Of a DNA stretch of 64,000 nt, positions 1 to 13,020 are shown piece after piece; position 1 is the first letter of the stretch, and each line of letters opens with the position of its first letter. The stretch spans positions 47,539,076-47,603,075 of the forward strand of contig NC_058136.1 of assembly GCF_016433145.1 (NCBI RefSeq), read 5' to 3'. The DNA comes from Gracilinanus agilis. Taxonomy: Eukaryota. The notes below the pieces were generated by a model. It was not told the origin of the DNA and did not search any database. It saw only the letters and a list, made by a program, of their open reading frames with translations. The position numbers and the translations under genes were made by a program.

Positions 1-224
1 CCTTGCTTGTGAAAATATTCAAAGGAACAATATTAACTTGGAATATTTGAATGGTTGTATTTACATATGGCCCTGTAGCACTGGGCCCCTTTTATCTCTA
101 GGAGCAGCTTGCACTACTTGGTCTGTCTTCCCAGGGGATACTCTTTCGAGCAAATGAAGGTTGTATATACTGATCCTATCCTATTTATCGAGGCCCTTTT
201 TAAAATGGGCATCCTGAACTTCAG

Positions 225-1080
225 TCATTCAGTCAAAATTTATTAAGGACCCACAGTGGTTCATGCCAGTCATACTGTGCCAAGGGCTGGAGAAGCAGAG
301 ACAAAAATGAAACAATTCCTGGCCTCAAGGAACTCGTTTACAATGGGAGTGGGAACCAACATGTAACCAGATAAAATAGGTCTGTGATATTTTGTAGCCC
401 TAGAACAACTGGGGAATCTGGTATGAAATCAGAGACCTCCTAAATCTCCAGACAGAAGGTACCTCAGAGACTTTCTCTTTCAAACCCTATTATTTACAGC
501 TGAAGAACCTGAGCCTCAAGAGCTGAAGTGACTTGACCAATATCATTTCAGTAGTAAATAGCAGAGTCAAGATTTGAATTCTAGTCCTCTGACTCTAGTT
601 CTGGTGTTCTAATGATTTTTTCCTTTGCTGTGTTATGCAGGCAAGTGACACGTGTCCTGAATTATGAAGCAGAGAGGGAAGAGTGAAAAAGAAAGACATC
701 TGAGATTTTGGGGAGGAGGGACTACAAAGGCACAAAAATGAGAGCTGGAATGGTAAGTTCAAGGGATAGCCTGAGAGCCATTTTGACTGAAATGATAATT
801 TTTTTAAAAGCATGAATTTAGAGTTGTGTTAAATAAGCTTGGAAATGTAGTCTAGAGCTAGACTGTGAAGATCTTGAAAAGTCAAGGCCAATTGTTTGTA
901 GCAGAGAGCCATTGAAATTTCTTGAGTAGAAGAGTGATGTCTTCAGACCCATCCTTTAGAATTTCCAATTTGTTGGTTCTGTGGAGGTGTTAGGAAAAAT
1001 ATTTGCATTTGGAGGTTGGTGGAACCAAAGCCAGGAATCCTGCTAATAGTCTGCTACAATAATCGAGGAAAGAGGTAGGG
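225..1080 (-). mobile_element. Degraded L2 LINE 3' portion, interrupted by a MIR-type SINE at about 440-600
   Basis: CAGTCAAAATTTATTAAGGACCCAC...GGAGAAGCAGAGACAAAAATGAAACAATTCCTGGCCTCAAGGAACTC resembles the reverse complement of the L2 3' terminus. Boundaries are approximate. Confidence 0.6.
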
Positions 1081-1686
1081 AAAGACTGGCTCATGTGAAA
1101 CCATTACTTCTTTCCTTTTCAACCGATATATTCTTCATTTCAACCCCATTTGGATTCTCCCCACTGAGGTGGGACAATATTTATTATCTGTTTCTCCTTT
1201 GGGCTTTATACCGTATCCTTTAAGTATTCAGGTATCTTCTACAAACAAAGCCCTTCCCTTGGAACTGTTGACACAAAGACAAAAATTTGAAATCATCTTG
1301 GTCCTCTGACAGCTTACATTTGCCTTTCTCTTCTCGCTGAGTCTGACTTGTTTCCCCAAACTGGCTTGTCAGTTCCTTGAAAACAAAGGACTTCCCTTAA
1401 ACTGCATCCATTATGCTGTACACCCTAACACAGAGTAGTAGTAAGTCTTCTATGAATATTCCAGGATAGATAATGGGATTCATAAAGTTAGATGCTACTA
1501 GATTGGGGCAGGGGAGAGTGGTTAGAGACCTACAAGAAATTCTTAGCCCTTTCCCTATATGCTCTATGGGGAGCAGTTATAGATTTTGTGCCCATTTTTT
1601 AAGATCTTTTGGTCCCCTACTCTTCTTGGGTGGATGGGACTGCCCAAGGAGCCCTTACTTTGCTTTGCCAACCTGATCATCTAGCT

Positions 1687-1878
1687 CAGTGGTTCCCAAA
1701 CTTTTTTGGCCTCCCACCCCCTTTCCAGAAAAAAAAAATTACTTAGCCCCCTGGAAATTTTTCTTTTAATTTTAATAGCAATTAATAGGAAAGATAAATG
1801 CACCTGTGACCATCACCATTCTCCTGGATCACTGCAGCACCCACCAGGGGGCGGTGGCACCCACTTTGGGAATCATTG
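1687..1878 (+). mobile_element. Non-autonomous hAT (Charlie-type) MITE, family A, copy 1
   Basis: Terminal inverted repeats (TIRs) CAGTGGTTCCCAAA...TTTGGGAATCATTG, perfect 8-bp TSD ATCTAGCT on both sides, 192 bp. Homologous to copies at 46505, 50255 and 55766. Confidence 0.95.
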
Positions 1879-3342
1879 ATCTAGCTGCTATTAAATCCTT
1901 CTCTGCCTGCTTGCAAGCCTTGAGTATGTTGCACTTTGTGTAGTCCTTCTATCCCTCCCTTCTCCCCCCTCTCCCCATTATTCCAGGCACATTTAAGATA
2001 CATCTGTTTGGGATATAAAATAGGAACATTCAAGGGGAGCTGCCATTGATATATGGTGAAAAAATACATGGAGTTGGGGGAACCTTCTAAAAATGTGATT
2101 TCAGAACTGCTCTGCTAATAGATACTATGCAACCTGGGAAATACTATTTCCTCTCTGTAGGCTTCATTTTATTCATCTGCAAAATAAAGGGCTTGGCCCG
2201 TGGAGTGACCAAGAGTGCTACATTTGGAGTTAGACGATGTGTTTGGTCCTTCTGGATCTAAAGTTGAATGGTTCTATACTCCCCTTGCCCATTTGCTGAG
2301 ATGCTGGTAGACCGGTGAAGTTCCTAAGTTCTCAACTCTGGCATATTGTTTCTATTTCCAATAGTTGGGACAATCATGCCAGAAGTTGAGGTCAGTGCTT
2401 CCTTGCCTGTGGGCCTTGCCTACTCCCCTCCCTATCATTTCCTTCATTGGATCCCACTCCCAGTTGTCACAAAGGGCCAGTGAAGGCATCTGTGGGACCA
2501 GATCAAAGACTGAAACTTTCTCTGCCTCAGTAACACCTCCAGTCTCCGAAGGCTGCTCAACAGCTCCCCTTGCCTCCATCCGTGTCTCAGTATAATAAAT
2601 AAGCAAATGTACCTTCTGGAGACTGAATAAATAATGTCTAGCACACAGAGGCATGACTCGTATTCAAATGTATGGAGATGCTGTTGTGATGAATAAAACA
2701 CAAATTCATTTAAAAGCATTGCCAGATTCAGAGCAGCCTTTGGTCATCATGGATCTTCTCTGTCAGTGCATACTAGTCATACAATGCCTACTGAGGGCAT
2801 CTATTGCTTTCTTTTTTTTTTAACTTAAAAAGGATTTATAGATTTAAAGTGGAAAAGGATATTGGCAACTATCTGGTCTGCCTCCCCCATTTTACAGGTG
2901 AAAAACTTGAGTCAGAAAGGGGAAGTGCCTAAAGTCCTTCATGTGGCAGAGCCTGGACTAGATCCTGGGTTCTCTGAGACCAAATATAGCTCTCTGTATC
3001 CCTGCGACATGCTGCCTTCTGGGCTCCTAAATCTCCAAGGCTGAGGACTATAACTTTCCATATAAATATCCACACCGAATCTCAGTTCCCACTCATTAAC
3101 GTTTCTTAATACTTAGCATCTGGTGACTAGCAGTGCCCGTGTCTCCTGCTCTGTTGTACCTCACACTCCCCAAAGACAAGAGGGGCTAGAGACAGTGCCA
3201 CATGTTTGTCACTTCTTAAGGAAAGCCTGTGTTTCGTCAGCTAGATGGGGCAAATTGTCTCATAGGATGATAGGACTAGACCAGAATTTAGAGGCTATCT
3301 GGTCCAACCCTTCATTTGACAGCTGATAAGATTATGTTTAGG

Positions 3343-3570
3343 GGCAATTAGGTGGTGCAGTGGATAGAGTGCTAGACCTGGAGTTAATAAGACTTGAATT
3401 CAAATGAGGCCTCAGATACTTACAGGCTGTGTGACCCTGGGCAAGTTACTTCACCCTGTTGGCCTCAGTTTCCTGATCTGTCAAATGAGCTGGAGAAGGA
3501 AAAGGCAAACCACTTCAGTATTTTCACCAAGAAAATCCCAAATGCATTCACAAAAAAGCCGGACACAACT
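3343..3570 (+). mobile_element. Mar1-type CORE-SINE with RTE/BovB-like tail
   Basis: tRNA-like head GGGGCAATTAGGTGGTGCAGTGGATAGAGTGC, CORE TGTGTGACCCTGGGCAAGTTAC, tail GGAGAAGGAAAAGGCAAACCACTTCAGTATTTTCACCAAGAAAATCCCA...GGACACAACTGA. It appears inserted into an older minus-strand MIR. Confidence 0.8.
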
Positions 3571-5226
3571 GAGATTTGCCCAGGATTACACAGCTAGTAA
3601 GTGTCCCAAGTGGCTTTCACATCCAGGTCATTCTCTCTCCCAACTTTGGCATTCTGTTCATTAACCATTCTTCTTCTGGAAACAGGTCAGAGGCTAGGGA
3701 GTATGTGACCCCCGAGGAGAGGAGGCAATGCCAAGCTCCTGTGTTTCTTATTACCTGATGATGTCACATGAAGATTCCTCGTGTTTGGAGTAATAAAACA
3801 CAGGCTTACATCCCACCTCTGCCACATGATATCTGGTAGACCTAATACAAATCACAACCTTTCTGGGCTTCCCTTTCCATCTCTCTAAAATAATGAAAGC
3901 ATCAGACTTAAATTTAGAACTGGAAAGAACTCTATAGAATACAGATGAGCAACATACCTTTGTCCTTATTCTGCCCCCCCCCCCACATGAAGAGCATTGC
4001 ATCTTAGGATCCATTTGGGGCAAAGAATTTGAAATTATTTTAGCACAATAGTAAAAAAATACATAAATTAGAACTAAGTTAAATGAGCTCATTTCTTTAG
4101 TTTCATGTATATCATGTTCAGAAAAGAATGATTAAAATACTAATAAGCAAATATTCTCTTATTATAGCTAAGCACTCCTGAAGAAAACATTTTTATTTAA
4201 ATGGGTGTCAGAAAGTGGAAGACATTTTCTTGAAATAAGATTTTATTCATCACTTTTGCTTTGATTCATCTGAATAGTATTTTAATTTTTGTAATAATCC
4301 TGTAAATGGACAGATGACTATTTAATTTGCCCAGTATTCATTAGGGAAAAAATGACAATCTTTCCGGCTAAGTTTTGCTTCCTAGGCAGAATTGGCAAAT
4401 GGACAAGTCATAGTGAGATTTTTTTGAATCTTAGAATGTAGCTTTTGAGAGAGAAAAGGGAAAGTTAGCCAGCTTGGCTAAAAAATGACTTCACATATTT
4501 TCTTGCTTAATTGGGCCAGGATGGTCATCTCAGTGGTAACATAGAACAACTCTTTGGCATTTAAGCTATTTTTTTCCAGTTGCTGGAAGGATGAAAATCC
4601 AGATTTCTATAATCCAAGATAAGATTTCCCTGAAAATCATGGAAACCACAATGAAATTGCCAAGCTAGCCCTTTGGATTTGTCTAATGCTGATCATAAGC
4701 TTAGTGATGGATCAAATTCTCCCAAGTTAGAGGAGAACTTCTTGAATTCATGAACTGTTTTCTCAAACTGTATTGCGACGGTCTCTTTTTAAAAAAAAAA
4801 AACAACCTATGCAATTGTGGAGTAATATTAATATAGCACTTAAACAGTGCCTGGAACTTAAGGTACTTAATAAGTCTTTCCTTCCCTTCTTCCTCTCCTT
4901 CTAGATAGTTCATTTTGGTCCTTTTGATATAGTTCAGTCAGTACTGATTTAGCATCTACTATTTGCTAGGGATACAAATTTTTAAAAAATTGCCTCTTTT
5001 CAAGGGGCAGATAGGTGGTGTAGTAGAAAAGCATCCCCCTGGAAACCTGGCTTAACAAGGGAAATGTCTCCCCTGTACTTGCTATTTATTTCTCCAGATG
5101 GGATGGCAGGACTGGGTGGTTGGTGGAGGAATCACCTGTGAGATCGAAGAGATATATACATGTCCAACTTGCCAGGAATAATATTACACAAGTAGCCATG
5201 AGTTAGAATATCATGTGAGTAGATAT

Positions 5227-5661
5227 ATTTTTAAATTTTTATTTAGAATATTTTTCCGTGGTTACATGATTCATGATCCCCCCCTCCTTATTTCCTCCCT
5301 CCCGGAGCTGACAAGCAGCTCCACTGAGTTATACATGTATCATTGTTCAAAACTCATTTCCGTGTTATTCATATTTGCAGTAGAGTGATCTTTTAACATC
5401 AAAACCCTAATCACATCCCTATCACACTATGTGGTCAATCACATATTTTTCTAATGCATTTCTACTCCCACAGTTCTTTCTCTGGATGTGGACAGCGTTC
5501 TTTCTCATAAGTCCCTCAGAATTGTCCTGGGTCATTGCATTACTGCTAGTAGAGAAGTCCATTACATTCATTTGTACCACAGCGTATCCATCTCTGTGTA
5601 TAATGTTCTCTTGGATCTGCCCCTTTCACTCTGCATCAATTCCTAGAGGTCATTCTAGTTC
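5227..5661 (-). mobile_element. 5'-truncated L1, 3' UTR only
   Basis: Homologous to the L1 3' end at 46300-46980. T-rich tail at the left end. 15-bp TSD CATGTGAGTAGATAT / CATATGAGCAGATAT with 2 transitions. Confidence 0.85.
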
Positions 5662-7479
5662 CATATGAGCAGATATTAAAGATTTCTGAACTTCTCTTAT
5701 TAATTGATAGTCAGTTATCCATAAATTCCCCATTAGCTCCACAGAGTATCAGAGCCCTCCCTCTGGCCCTAAGGAAACACAAGTATTTGGGACACACGCC
5801 CTTTACCCGCACATATAAACTCTATACAGACACCTGGGGTTTTATGACATTGGCTGCCAAACTTCTCTAACTAGGTGTGAGAGTACATGCATCTTCCGTG
5901 GGCTTTGGCAGCTCCAATCCAATCAGTTCATTTTGGGGCAGCTTCAGCCACTGAGAATTAGCTGGGACGTTTTTTGGTTTTGTCGTTTGTTTTTGTCATC
6001 TTTGTCTTTTTTGTTTCTTTCTAGATAGCCAGTAAGTGATAAGTTTTTATATCCTACAGTGATAGGTTTCATAGTCTCCATAATTTGCATGAATCATTAA
6101 GGCTAATCTTCTTACCCTAATTTCTGGTGGTAATGATCTGATTCTGAAATGCTCTCAAAAGCCCCTCCATATCTATTATGGAATTAATGTTTCCCTTTTA
6201 ACCCTGGTATTCTCCTTGTATTGCTTCATAACTATAGACTGAGGAATGCAAGGATCTCAAAAGAATCAAAATCACTGGTGACTCTATAGGGCAATGAAAA
6301 TATATGTCCTGGTTAAAAGAAGGCTGCAGCTTCTACCCATGAAGAATGTCATTTGGTGGATGGGATAGTAATCCCAATGTGGAATAGACATGATGTTCTA
6401 AATAATTGTGCATCTTCTATGTTTAGGGTTATCTAAGATTCCATTATCATGATATAGAAGCCATTTTTCAATTAATGTTTTCCAACTAATAATTTCAGCT
6501 CTTTGTCCTTGTGTCTAGTAGTTTAACCATATGTGGGTTCATTTCAAAGCTAAAAATTCCCTTGATATTCCCTTCATTTCATGGACCCCACCAAAAATCT
6601 CTCTCTTCCTCTCTTTTCTTCTCTCTTCCCCTTTCCTTCCTCCTCTTCTCCTCAAGGCTGTTTACTTGTTTAAAGGGACGCTCCTTCCAGGCAAGGTGTC
6701 CAAGGAGTAAAGCTCCCAGGAATTCTGGTCCTTCCCCTCCATCCAATTGTAGATTCAACAGATTCACTAACACTTGGGAAAAAAAAAAAACTTATCCTTG
6801 CAAGCCTCATTAGTACTCCCATGGTCCAAATCCACATCCATCCGGATACAGTAACCTTGGAAAACTCTCAAATCCAATGTGTTCCCAAGGACACTCTTAA
6901 CAATATTCTGCTAACTTACTTAATGGAAATGACAGAACATTACTTCACTTGGGTAGGAGGGCCCGGAAAGTGGAAAAAACCAAATCTACATGGTAATAGG
7001 TTATAATCATTTAAGCCCTTGACTGTCTCCAGAGATGAGTAAACTTGTTCCTGAAGAGCAAATGTCTTGGCTGACTCCTGACTCTGGCCCTTTGCCTGAA
7101 GCACAGTTTGCTTACTCCAGCATTTGTGAGCAGCTGGAAAGAGCAGACAGCCCTCTGACCCCATTTCCTCTTCAAAGAGGTCACTGAAGTTCATATTTTA
7201 GAAGAGGCATGTTGAAAGTAGAGCCTCTATTTGTATCTTAGAAATAAGGTATCTTCTCTTCCTTCCCATGGACTCTTGGGAAATGAATAATTCTAATTCT
7301 AACTCTAAATTATTGGGGATGGTCAAAATTGCATCTTCTCTGTTTTTTTTTTTTGTTGTTGTTTTTTTTATCGTTTTGAAGTCAATACATAGGTCTGGGT
7401 GAAGGGAAGTCATCACCATATCAATTCTTTTGGCCTGTGGGTTTTAGTGATAACAATGTTTTGCTCCTGTCTAGAGAGG

Positions 7480-7514
7480 TTAGGTATAACCTCATCAAGA
7501 AACTTATATGAACT

Positions 7515-7546
<32 letters not shown>

Positions 7547-7576
7547 TATATATTAGGTATAACCTCATCAAGAAAC
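7480..7576. repeat. 24-bp direct repeat flanking a (TA)n microsatellite
   Basis: TTAGGTATAACCTCATCAAGAAAC at 7480-7503 and 7553-7576, separated by 49 bp of TA-rich sequence. Confidence 0.9.
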
Positions 7577-8339
7577 ATGTATAAATGAAGATTTTGAACT
7601 TTGTACTTCATCCCCCATAAGCCCTTAGTTTTCCCAAAATTCCCTTTAATCTCTCCTGCACCTCCACATTTGTGTGGTCACGTTATTGTTTTCTAGTCAG
7701 CTGTAACTCCTCCCTCTCCCTCTTTGGTTCTTGGGAGTGGGCTGGTTAGTACCTTTTAGTTAGTCTCTTTTGTTAGTTTATTATTAATAAAATATTTATA
7801 AATATTATATTTAGTATTTTGCATATTAATTTTAATCTCCACAGGCAGTTGTGAAGATGGGAGGATAGGAGTAATTAGAATTCCATGCCTTTGATGGATG
7901 AAGGTGACTTGAAAGTTGACCATTAAGCTAAGTGATGAGGGAGGTGACTGATGTGAGCTATTATGAATAAAGGCCTTTGGGAATGTGGTTATTGGCACCT
8001 CCTGGGCCACCAGAGACAAGAGAACCATTTCCTTGTTGAAGGTACTTGCGAGATTGAGACGGCGAGAGTGTTTGTTTTGATCCAAACCTCAGAAGTTTTA
8101 TATCATTGAGACTTGCGGGAGTACACCATAGCAAGGGGCTGTAATCATGATTTTTCATCATTGTTAGCATCATTTCTGGAGTCTCTAATGAACATGTCAT
8201 GTAATCCAGTGCTATCATGTACCAGCAATGGCTTTTTTCATAGGAGTTGTTATGTGTATATGTGTAGGTACTATCTTGAGGCCAAGTAGTTGTAAATAGA
8301 CTAGAAATTTGAGAGCTGCAAGGAAGGAAACTCATAGTC

Positions 8340-9120
8340 TAAGATATAGAGAGGAGTCGTTGCACACGAGAAGTTGGGAGGATCAAGGAAGACTTAAAAA
8401 AGATGGTGATCCTTGAGTAGAGCCTTGAAGAAAACTATATTGTAGGAGGTGAAAGATAGGCATGAATTCCAGGCCTGGGGAACAGCTGATGCAAAAGCTT
8501 GGCTACAAAAGATAGTCTTGCATGAGTGAGGAGCAGTGGGAAGGCCAGTTTCCCTGAATGAGAGTTTGTGTGAAGAGTAGTAATATGTATTCAGGCTGAA
8601 AAGGTAGGTTGAGGTTGGGTCGTGGAAGCTTTAAATGCCACATAGAGGAGTTTGTGTTTGTTCCTGGAAAATAAGAGAGCCTTTCGGGAAAAGAGAAGTG
8701 ACATGGTCAGATCTGCACTTTAGGAAAGGCACTTTGACATCTGACTGGAGCCTGGAGTGGAGTGCTGAGAACCTTGAGGCAGAGACCCCAATGATGGCTC
8801 TCATACAATTAAGAAATGATAAATGCCTGAACTAGAGTGGTGGTCTTATAAAGGAATATGGGAAAAAATGTCAGAGATACTGTGGAGAAAAAATCAGACA
8901 AGATCAGGCTATGGATATTTATGAGGGAGAGTAAGGAGTGAAGGATTACACAAAGTTTGAGGACCTAAGTGATTGGGAGGATGCTGCTAGGTTGGACAGA
9001 AATAAAGAGGACTAGAAGAAGGGTTGCTTTTCAGTGGAGGAAGGTTAGAAGATTCTGCTTTAAGTTTGGTGGATTTGAGATTCTTGTAGAACATCAGAAA
9101 GAGTATCTTAGACAAAATGG
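8340..9120 (-). mobile_element. L2 LINE fragment
   Basis: Purine-rich antisense L2 signature, e.g. AGAAGTGACATGGTCAGATCTGCACTTTAGGAAAG and CATGAATTCCAGGCCTGGGGAACAGC. Confidence 0.7.
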
Positions 9121-9149
9121 CCTATATACTTCCTTTGCACCCATATCTT

Positions 9150-9770
9150 AACTTTTTTTTTCTTAGATTATTGCAGTAGTCTCCTTATTGGTATCTTTTT
9201 ATCCTGTCTCTCTCCTCTCTACTCCATCCTTCTCCCAGCTTTCAAATTGATATTCCTGAAACACAGATCTGACTATTACACTGCTTTGCTCAAAAAGCTT
9301 CCAGTGGCCTCCTCTTTCCTAAATAAAGCACAAACTCTTCAATTTGTCATTTAAGGCCCTCCATATCTAGTGCCAATCTGTCTTTTCAGACTTATTTCAC
9401 ATTATTCTCCATTGCACAATCTAATTTGCAAGATGAATGCACTGTTTCTTGGCTTTTGCCCAAACTGTCTCTTCTACCTGGAATGTTCTCCTTCCTTCCT
9501 CACCTCCACATCTCAGAATGCCTAACTTCTTTTAACACTCAACTCCCATGCCACCTCTTAAACAAAACCTTCCTTGATTCAGCCCTCCACCTCCCCCTGT
9601 TGCTTGTGCCTTTCCAACCAATTATTTTGTATATGTTTGAATATTTATTTATCTGTGTCTCTTTCTTCAAACTGAATATCAACTCTGTGTGGAAAAGGAT
9701 TTGCTGTATCGTTATCTTTGTATCATCCATGCCTAGAGTTTCCTAGGGGTCTAATAAATACTGCTTGTTC
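9150..9770 (+). mobile_element. L2 LINE 3' end
   Basis: TTCCTGAAACACAGATCTGACTATTACACTGCTTTGCTCAAAAAGCTTCCAGTGGCC...AATAAATACTGCTTGTT, a typical L2 3' terminus. Confidence 0.7.
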
Positions 9771-10399
9771 ATATTCTTCATGGCCAGGCTTAACTAGCCA
9801 CACTCTGTGATCACCAGTCTATGCCTGTGACTCCTGGGAGAATCTTATCTATGACTTCCCTGAAATTTTCCACAGATGCCTTTGGGTACTATAGAATTAC
9901 AAGAATAACCTGGTAAAGATGGAATTGCTTGCCAGCTCTAGGATGGGGAAGGGAAGTAGGCAGGGAGGTAATTTGGATAATATAACTTCAGAAAAGTATG
10001 TGGAGATTTGTTATAACATGTACTTGGTAAAATAAAATATCTTTCTAGTTAAAAAAGGAGTAACCTGGTGATTCTAGCTGGAAGTGAACTCTCTATCAAA
10101 TCATCTTCTGGCATTTTGTACATTTGCCTTATCTCCCCAATAGACTGGAAATTCCTTGAGGGAATAACCATGTTTTGCTTCTCTTTATATCTAGCCTGAT
10201 GCCTTACAAAGAACAGGTGTCTAATTTTGTTGAATAACTAAATAAACGATATACATCTCTGGGAAATTCCCCGTATTTGTTATCTGCCAGTTTCACTTAA
10301 CCTTCTTTCTTTTTTCTGCTATCCATGTGGATGTTTGAAAGTCTACTCCAAATGCTTTCTCCTAAGAATCATAATATTTATTCAGTGTCTGAATGTGAA

Positions 10400-10870
10400 G
10401 ACTAAGATGACATGGGCAGATGTGTGGACTCTTCACTAATGTAAATTTTTTAAAAAATATTGGTTACTTGGTTTACATTACTCCAACTTCCCAGTCACTT
10501 TCTCCTCCCCCTGATAGAACCCTCCCTTCTAGTACAAAAAGTACAACTAAACATCATTGGCTATGTCTGACGTATGTCCCATTCTGCACCTGTGTTCCAC
10601 CTGTCCACCAAGAAGAGGGGGAAATGCTTCATCATCCATCCTTGGAAGTCAAGTTTGGTGACTGCCTTGATCAACATTTTCATATCTTCTAATATTTTCA
10701 TTTACATAATTGTGGTCATCATGAAAATTATCCTCTCCCTTCTGTGTACTTGGCTCTGCATCTGTTCATATATGTCTTTGCAAGTTTCTCCAAATTCCTC
10801 ATCTTCCTCAATTTTATGGTGCAATAACATTCCACTGCATTCATATACTGCAATTTAATCAGCTCGCTAA
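10400..10870 (-). mobile_element. Old L1 3' UTR-like fragment
   Basis: GTACTTGGCTCTGCATCTGTTCATATATGTCTTTGCAAGTTTCTCC...AATAACATTCCACTGCATTCATATACTGCAATTT resembles the antisense L1 3' UTR / ORF2-end junction. Confidence 0.55.
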
Positions 10871-12769
10871 TGGAAAACCCTTTGAATTTACAAATTGATT
10901 AAAATGCTAAGTAATTCTGACACCATACTTTATAAATGGATTTTGAAATTTTATTTTTGAGCCTCCCCCCACACCTTTGTACAGTCTAGTTAGGTGAACT
11001 TTTAGAAACAGCTTACTGTGATGTCTGACTGACAAGCTTGACAGACCATGTTATTAGCTAGTTTTACTCAAAAAGACAAGCAACAAAATCCATTATAACT
11101 CCACAAGAAAGTGTCAGAGAAATGATAAAAAAAAAGCAAGGTATTCATTTAGCCCACCAAATTAGAACATTTTATTCCAAGGTTTCTGAAGGTTTGAATT
11201 CTTTGTGCCACTCCAAGAGTAGTGAAACAGTCCATCTGCTTTCCATTGTAATGGCTGCACACTTGCGGCGGTGGTGTATTTTGAGATGCCTTGTCAAGGC
11301 ATTTCTATCTTGTTGGTGACACCAACACCTGTTGGGGGAAATTGACACAGAAGATACATCATCTTCAAATACCTGTATCAGCCCTTTCAAAGGTACATTC
11401 ATAGCACTGGACACTCCAAAGGAAACCGACACTCTCCATTTCCCAGCACCAGGAGCCCTGTTCCATCACTGTCAATGAAAGAGCAATATAAATTAACTGC
11501 CAAGTGGCTCTTGGGCAAACCACTTGACTGTTCCAATTGATAGAGCTTCTCAGGGATTGGATGTGGCTACTCAATCTTCATATTTACTCTAAGATTCTAT
11601 TTTTGACCCATGCTATGAAAATGAACATCTTATTGCATTATTTTTTTTAAAATTCAACAACTTAGTTTGTCTTTAGGTTTAATGGGAAGTGTTGGAATAT
11701 TCATTTCTTAAGTATATAGAAAGATAGTTTCTATCCTAAGAACCTATTATATCCTCCTCTTCCTCCTCCTCATCAACTGTGACATTTCCATAGCACATGG
11801 TTTTAGGATAGGTTAAAGTTTTCAAAGCACTTCAAGTAGAGCTATAACTAGAAATTTTGTGCCTGAAGCAAGGGAATGTATGAGTAGAAAAGGCAGTGGA
11901 CCAGTCACTTGATAAGAAAGAGGAATAATGGATAGATACCCTTAATACTGCATCAATACCCATTTAATAGCAAATAATCTAGTCTCTAGGTCGCAGAGGA
12001 AGGCATGTGCACAATGGATAGACACCTTATGGAATCATTAAGGAAAGACAGGGACAACAGTTGCCCAAGATGGTCAGATACAGACAGGTTATAATCATAT
12101 TTGGAGAGAAGACCTACATTTATGACAGTCTCAGTTCACTGGCATATTTTCATCCCCTGAGTCTAAGCTATATGATCTCACCTTTTAAAGTTTTTTGACC
12201 TCTTTTCAAATATAAATCTGATATTGTGCTTTTGCAGTGTGATGGCACTTCTTAGACCTCTGTGGATTCTTATTCATAATCTAATGAATCATCAGGAATC
12301 TTTGCACATTCTTTTAATTACTCTAGAATGGGCCATTGGGATTTGATGACTGGAAGTATGCTTAGTTTTTCAAAAGTCATCTTGAAAAATGCTTTTTACC
12401 TATTCTAGTTGGAATTCCCCATCAGGTAACTGTCGAGTTACCTTATCATGTTTGTCCTTATTCATAAAGATGAATGTAATAAGAATCATTAAACTCCTTA
12501 GTTAATTAGTATCTGTTATTAGTCATCCATTTACACTGTAAAAGAAAAATTCAAAAATTGAACTAGCACATAAAGAACAAATCAGTCTTTTTCCTAATGG
12601 TGATTTAATTAGAGATGCTTAACAGGGATTTAATTTGTAGCCTTTCCTTTTTACTTGGATGTCAAAAAATGAACAATTTCCTAGGCTTTTTAACAAAAAA
12701 TGCTGAATGTAGTAGACTGACCTTGTTAAAAATTTTATATCCTTCCCATTTCCATGGCTAGCCATATGA

Positions 12770-13020
12770 AAACTAGGTGGTACAGGGGATAGAGAGTTTG
12801 ATTTGGAATGAAGACAATCTATATTAGAGCATTGCCTCAGAGGCATACTGGCTGTGTGACTCTAGCCAAGTCACTTAGCCTCTCACAGCTTCAATGTCCA
12901 TTATTGGTGAAATGGGAATAAGAAGAATACCTAGCAGGGATTGTTATGAGAGTCAAATGAAATTTTTGTAAAGAGTATTACAAATTAAAGCACTGTATAC
13001 AGTATGTGCTATTACTATTC
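12770..13020 (+). mobile_element. MIR SINE, representative of many MIR/CORE-SINE fragments in the window
   Basis: CORE GGCTGTGTGACTCTAGCCAAGTCACTTAGCCTCTC...GTGAAATGGGAATAAG. Similar fragments lie near 2080-2270, 2840-3000, 15670-15930, 18630-18790, 39000-39220, 41590-41760, 42580-43000, 43440-43870, 48890-49070, 49570-49730, 52290-52470 and 53960-54130. Confidence 0.7.

Noticed and set aside
2352-2719. Overlapping 76-100-aa ORFs followed by several AATAAA
   Set aside because: No recognisable homology, and AATAAA is common in this AT-rich DNA.
8035-8145. CpG-containing frame YLRD*DGESVCFDPNLRSF with an in-frame TGA (possible selenocysteine)
   Set aside because: No SECIS-like structure or selenoprotein motif recognised, and no convincing exon boundaries. 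The segment remains unexplained.
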